Source of the DNA: Alphaproteobacteria bacterium
GTDB taxonomy: Bacteria > Pseudomonadota > Alphaproteobacteria > UBA8366 > Aestuariispiraceae
Direction: 5' to 3'
Assembly: GCA_040222995.1 (NCBI GenBank)
Contig: JAVKBW010000008.1
Coordinates: 12,729 to 76,728 of the forward strand
DNA: 64,000 nucleotides
The notes below the pieces were generated by a model, which did not search any database, was not told the origin of the DNA, and saw nothing but the letters and a program-made list of their open reading frames with translations. Positions 60,023 through 64,000 of the stretch are shown here, piece after piece. The stretch's first letter is position 1. Each line of letters opens with the position of its first letter. The translations under genes and the position numbers were made by a program.

Positions 60023-61075
60023 TTGAATCTAGAATGGCTACGATTGCGCTCCAAGCCTCGTATCTCCATAGTATTCGTGGAGGATGAATTGAGCACATAT
60101 CTTGATATCGCCAAAAACGTCTTGCGGGCAAACCGACGCCCTATGAGTGCGAAATCAATACTAAACGCGGCCTACGACGCGGGTGTAGTTCCCTCTCACT
60201 TGTATGGCAAAACCCAACACAAGACTCTTCAGGCCCGCCTAAGCGAGGACATTCTCCACCACAGAGAGACATCAGCGTTTTACAGGACTGAGCCAGGACA
60301 ATTTGCATTGGTCGAGTTTCTGGAAGATCCAAACATCGCGGAAGAATGGAAAAAAAAGTTTCCGGCACGAAGACGCACACGCGATCTCAAAAAATATAAC
60401 GCCCTTGGCGTAAAGCGCTCTATCGCCCTCGCCCTTCACAATAGCACCACCTCATTTGGAAACTTCTTTAGCCAAACAGTCGCAGACGACGCAGTGGTCG
60501 CGATGCATCCGGACCTTATGGAAGATAGAGGTTATTGTTCTATGTGGACGTTCTCCGTTGTCCATAAGGATAATCAGGTACTAGCCTATCGAGTTGGCCA
60601 ATATCGCGATGATCGAGACGCTTTCGCTAACAAACGTTCAATAGGATTTCCTGGGGCGTTAGGTGCCGACGATTTATCACTCTTCTCGGAGGACTCCTTT
60701 GGTGCAGAAGAGTGCGCAATTTCTGTTCTGCAGCAAGACCTTGACCTATCACTAGCTGCTTTTGATAGATCAGATTCTCAAAGACCTAAGATCGATAGTG
60801 TGATGGCAGTATCTGGACTCGGCGGAAACCTCGAGTTGGTAATTGTGCTCTTGTGGAACTGCCCAAAATGGTTTGAACCCGTCACCAGACGGCTTTCTCT
60901 AAACAATCCAGAGTGGTTGCATCTTGAAGCTAGACACAACAACATAGAAGACTTCGAGCCGTGGAGCGTACAGGTTCTTGAACGGCTAACCGAAGCAACC
61001 AGGCGGGCAAACATTGGCAACTCGCAGGATTACCACTCAACAATCGGCGTTTCTGAGATTCGAGCTCGAGAGTAG
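60023..61075 (+). CDS. HARE-HTH domain protein with uncharacterised C-terminal domain
   Basis: Residues about 23-99 (LSTYLDIAKNVLRANRRPMSAKSILNAAYDAGVVPSHLYGKTQHKTLQARLSEDILHHRETSAFYRTEPGQFALVEF) fit the HARE-HTH winged-helix pattern (GKTP..TL.A.L..DI...F.R...G.F.L). The start is ambiguous: TTG 60023, GTG 60077, or TTG 60089 after GGAGGA. GC is about 45%. Confidence 0.7.
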   Translation: MNLEWLRLRSKPRISIVFVEDELSTYLDIAKNVLRANRRPMSAKSILNAAYDAGVVPSHLYGKTQHKTLQARLSEDILHHRETSAFYRTEPGQFALVEFLEDPNIAEEWKKKFPARRRTRDLKKYNALGVKRSIALALHNSTTSFGNFFSQTVADDAVVAMHPDLMEDRGYCSMWTFSVVHKDNQVLAYRVGQYRDDRDAFANKRSIGFPGALGADDLSLFSEDSFGAEECAISVLQQDLDLSLAAFDRSDSQRPKIDSVMAVSGLGGNLELVIVLLWNCPKWFEPVTRRLSLNNPEWLHLEARHNNIEDFEPWSVQVLERLTEATRRANIGNSQDYHSTIGVSEIRARE

Positions 61076-62696
61076 GGACGCGAGGCGCGAAAAGGTTGCG
61101 CTTCAGACAATATGCCAATTGTACCGTTGCGGTTATCACTTCACACCTGAAGACAAGCGTGGGTTTGAAATGCAAACCGCCGGCCTTGTCATGAATTCCA
61201 ACGATAACAAGGTGGTTCGTTGGTGTTTAAACACTATAGCTCGCATTGGAACCAAAGAAGGAACTTTAGGGAGTGTAAGAATAACTCTCTCGAAGTACGA
61301 ATCGGACCCCGAAATAGTTGCATCTGCGGTCGCAGCTCTAGCTCATTTGTTTCATGGTGACATTTCAACAGTTTCAGAAGTATCAGACATCCGACCTGAG
61401 ACTCGGACATTAGCTGCGATGCAAATTGTTGGCCCTAGAGTCACCGGTTCCGCAGATTTACGAATCGATATTGAGACGGCTGATATCGAGGTCATTAAAT
61501 TAGCCCTCATAGTGATTGGCTTAAACCATGATGTAGAGAACCTTTTTCATCCCCGACATAAAAATGGGGAGTTGATTCGAGCACTTGGCAGCCATGACGA
61601 TCCAATCGTCCGCCAATATGGTGTTTGGGCAATTATCGAGAACGACTCGCTTGGTCCACAGCATTTAGGCGTACCATTGGAGCGCCTTGAATATGAACCG
61701 CCGAACGTACAAGCCAAGCTTCTGCAACTTGGCAGCACTGCCATAAACGATTTCGAAATGAAACAAGAGTTCATATTGGCTGGTAGCAATCTCGAATCTA
61801 TCGACGCAAGGGAGGGCTTAGCAAAAGGGCTGCTCTCAGAGTTTTATGATGGTCTCCAAGATATAACCGTGCCTTGGATGGGAGAAGAGGCTAGCAATCG
61901 CGTTCGCCTGTTATTAGCAGAGCATATGGCGCGATACTCTGAAGAAGTGCCGACATACTCAGAAGAAGCGCTGAGGTTAGCCAACGAAAGTGCAGACTTC
62001 CGTGAACGTATACTTCTAGGAGCTGAAGGACGTCCTCTCTATGGCAAAATCCAAAGGATGTCCGATTCAATGTCTCCGGGGCTCTTCGATGATAGCGCTG
62101 ACCCGATGCGAGCTAAGTTAATTAGAAATACAAAAGAAGAAGCTACGACCAAAGTACTGATGTTGAATGCATCTCCTGATGATGAAGAACGGATACGAGT
62201 CGATATCGAAGGCCGTGATGTTCAAGAGGCCTTAGAATTAATAAGGACACCCAAAAGGCTTATCGAAATTACTCAGAGGCACGCAAGCCGCCTAGACCAG
62301 ATACAAAAAGAACTTCTAGCGATATCTCCCAAAATCCTTCATTTTAGTGGCCATGGCGATGAAGACGTTCTCATATTTGAAACACGAGATGGCCAAGTAG
62401 ACCCCCTAGATGGCAGTGTTTTAGCAGACATGATCAAAGCCTATGGTGGACTGGAATGCGTTGTATTGCATTCGTGTTTTAGTCACAGAATTGCATCTGC
62501 ATGTAAGCGAAATGTGCAATTCGTTATAGGCTCAACAAGAGAAGTTGACGATACGACAGCATCTGGTTTTAGCCGCGCCTTTTATCAGGCACTCGCTTAC
62601 GGAAGGACTTATAAGAATGCGTTTGATATGGGCGTTATTGAAGTGAAGGCCGTAAGCGCAGCGGCTGCAGGTGCGTACATTTTTTTGGACTCGTGA
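61014..62696 (+). CDS. HEAT-repeat protein with C-terminal minimal CHAT/caspase-fold peptidase domain
   Basis: The N-terminal about 300 aa contain repeated D..VR/A-helix HEAT-like units (NDNKVVRWCLNTIARIG, SDPEIVASAVAALAHL, HDDPIVRQYGVWAI, ASNRVRLLLAEHMARY). The C-terminal domain reads KVLMLNASPDDEERIRVDIEGRDVQEAL...ILHFSGHG...CVVLHSCFS...VIGSTREVDDTTASGFSRAFYQAL. It has a His (codon 62352-62354) and a Cys (62475-62477) spaced as in CHAT/caspase folds. The start is ambiguous (TTG 61014 or ATG 61170). Confidence 0.75.
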   Translation: MATRRITTQQSAFLRFELESRDARREKVALQTICQLYRCGYHFTPEDKRGFEMQTAGLVMNSNDNKVVRWCLNTIARIGTKEGTLGSVRITLSKYESDPEIVASAVAALAHLFHGDISTVSEVSDIRPETRTLAAMQIVGPRVTGSADLRIDIETADIEVIKLALIVIGLNHDVENLFHPRHKNGELIRALGSHDDPIVRQYGVWAIIENDSLGPQHLGVPLERLEYEPPNVQAKLLQLGSTAINDFEMKQEFILAGSNLESIDAREGLAKGLLSEFYDGLQDITVPWMGEEASNRVRLLLAEHMARYSEEVPTYSEEALRLANESADFRERILLGAEGRPLYGKIQRMSDSMSPGLFDDSADPMRAKLIRNTKEEATTKVLMLNASPDDEERIRVDIEGRDVQEALELIRTPKRLIEITQRHASRLDQIQKELLAISPKILHFSGHGDEDVLIFETRDGQVDPLDGSVLADMIKAYGGLECVVLHSCFSHRIASACKRNVQFVIGSTREVDDTTASGFSRAFYQALAYGRTYKNAFDMGVIEVKAVSAAAAGAYIFLDS

Positions 62697-62701
62697 CCCC
62701 G

Positions 62702-62713
62702 CCTATTTGTTAG
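62702..62713 (-). repeat. Right arm of the 12-bp inverted repeat
   Basis: CCTATTTGTTAG begins 5 nt after the stop codon of the HEAT-CHAT gene. Confidence 0.8.
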
Positions 62714-62816
62714 CTCGGCACAGTAGATGAGAACGTTTATTGCAACAGCGGGATGTGGGTTCTTTAGAAGAACTTTGTTGTAAATCTACAGACATGCCAA
62801 CACATCATGATCTACA

Positions 62817-64000
62817 TTAAAAAATTCGATGCAACATGCTCTTCGCGTATGCTTCAAAGCCTAATTTCAGCCGTCGCTTTTCGGGGCCACTCGAATATAT
62901 ATCTGTGAGTAACTTCCCCGAACTATGCCCCATCATCCGATCTTTCATCACAGGATCGATGTCCTCAATGTTCTCTAGGACTGTCGCCGCCCACCGTCGA
63001 ATGCTATGAAGGTCAAGGCCCTGCGCCTTCGCTTCTGGTATGGCCTCAGCGAGTGTCGCTCTCATCCTTTTAGATACTGAGTGACCGAGTTTCTGGTCCT
63101 GTCCCCCTGGCCTCAGTTCTTCGAAGAGCTGATCATCTGGCCGTTTGCCAATAGTTCGGCGTTCCAGGATTTCCTGGGACCGCTCCGACAGAAAGAAAAC
63201 CACTCGGTTGCCAGACTGGGTCTTGGCATCTTTGATGTGGACCTCGCCACCATCATGCACGTCGCGAACACGGAGTTCACATATCTCGTTGAGTCGACAC
63301 CCACTTTCAACGAGCAGCAGCCCGATATCATACTCCTCCGGTCGTGAGTTCTGCTTGCGCTTAAGTGCCTCAAGAAAGGTTTTGAGCTCCTCATCTGAGA
63401 ATGCCCGTTTTCTTCTCTTTGTCTTCTTCAATTCCCCGGTCAGACCCGAGAACGGTGACAGGCCGTCACAGTACTCCCTGCGGCGCGCCCATTTCCACAT
63501 CAGGTCCAAAGCACCGATGTACCGACCAAGGGTCCTTGGAGAACGCCCTGAGGGCTCCAAATGATCGGACAACCACTTGGTGGCGACCCTGGGAGTGATC
63601 TTGTTCATCATCCGGTCGCCCATCGCATCGACGAACGTGTTCACGGCATGGCGACGGCCATCAATTGTGCCCGCTGTGACCTGCCCTTCTAATGACTTTA
63701 GCCATTCGTCCCTGACCGTGGAAAGCGGAACACCCTTGCCAGTTGCTATCTCATAGTACCTGTGGGCTTCGGTATCATGACCGCGCTCGGCTATGTCTTC
63801 TGCTCTATCTGCGATGATTTCGGTATAAATGTCCTGGCGTTCCTCATCGGGAGCTTCAAGCAACTCATTAAGAGCCGCGACGGCTTCTGAGTTGGAGCCT
63901 GTTCGCTGGAAAACCTGAGCTTCTACCTGCCTGATTATTTCGTCCAGCTTGCCGTGCTTGCGCCGGTTCGCTTCGTCGAGGTCGCGGGTTTTCAGTGTCC
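62817..64000 (-). CDS. int: Tyrosine recombinase / phage-type integrase (N-terminus beyond the window end)
   Basis: The catalytic set is ESGCRLNE (Arg), LHSIRRWAAT (HxxR), MMGHSS (His) and DIYSSG (Tyr). The reading frame stays open from 63863 to base 64000, so the track start (TTG at 63863) is not the real start. Confidence 0.88.
   Translation of the reverse strand, partial: TLKTRDLDEANRRKHGKLDEIIRQVEAQVFQRTGSNSEAVAALNELLEAPDEERQDIYTEIIADRAEDIAERGHDTEAHRYYEIATGKGVPLSTVRDEWLKSLEGQVTAGTIDGRRHAVNTFVDAMGDRMMNKITPRVATKWLSDHLEPSGRSPRTLGRYIGALDLMWKWARRREYCDGLSPFSGLTGELKKTKRRKRAFSDEELKTFLEALKRKQNSRPEEYDIGLLLVESGCRLNEICELRVRDVHDGGEVHIKDAKTQSGNRVVFFLSERSQEILERRTIGKRPDDQLFEELRPGGQDQKLGHSVSKRMRATLAEAIPEAKAQGLDLHSIRRWAATVLENIEDIDPVMKDRMMGHSSGKLLTDIYSSGPEKRRLKLGFEAYAKSMLHRIF

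Larger units (their letters stand above)
49255..64000. mobile_element. Integrated mosaic element (cryptic phage/satellite-like island) extending past the window end
   Basis: A tyrosine integrase lies at the right end, and a tRNA-end-like sequence in matching orientation lies at the left end. Between them are a serine recombinase, Rha, a P-loop NTPase and TerL. GC drops and fluctuates (about 40-58% by eye against about 63% in the flank). Confidence 0.65.

Noticed and set aside
59949-60131. 60-aa minus-strand ORF upstream of or overlapping the HARE-HTH gene start
   Set aside because: It is AT-rich, has no RBS or motif, and overlaps the better-supported plus-strand gene and its probable promoter.

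Overview
This is a 64-kb stretch of a high-GC (about 62-65% by eye) alphaproteobacterial chromosome. The assignment rests on CtrA, ChpT, DivK and PleD cell-cycle regulators, plus FliI/FliJ, MgtE, MaeB, Tdh/Kbl, an NAD-type formate dehydrogenase, an IorAB-type molybdoenzyme and tandem glutamine-synthetase-like genes. About 65 protein-coding genes are supportable. I saw no rRNA, no intact tRNA and no CRISPR array. Bases 1 to about 49.2 kb look like ordinary chromosome carrying two families of palindromic intergenic repeats. From about 49.26 kb to the window end there is a compositionally mosaic integrated element. It carries a tyrosine integrase cut by the window edge, a serine recombinase, a Rha regulator, a P-loop NTPase, a lone large terminase and a low-GC PEP/VPLPA-CTERM 'moron'. 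Its left edge coincides with an 18-nt sequence that looks like a tRNA 3' end. The most interesting locus is a low-GC two-gene cassette at 60.0-62.7 kb, beside the integrase. The first gene encodes a HARE-HTH protein with an unassigned C-terminal domain. The second encodes a HEAT-repeat protein ending in a minimal CHAT/caspase-fold domain with an intact His-Cys dyad. A perfect 12-bp inverted repeat brackets the cassette tightly. I propose it as a candidate uncharacterised conflict/defence module, possibly invertible or mobile as a unit. A second notable locus abuts ctrA: an operon of chpT, a kinase-less CheA (P1-P3-CheW-CheW-REC with no ATPase domain), cheY and cheR. All family assignments come from motif recognition by eye, not from database searches.
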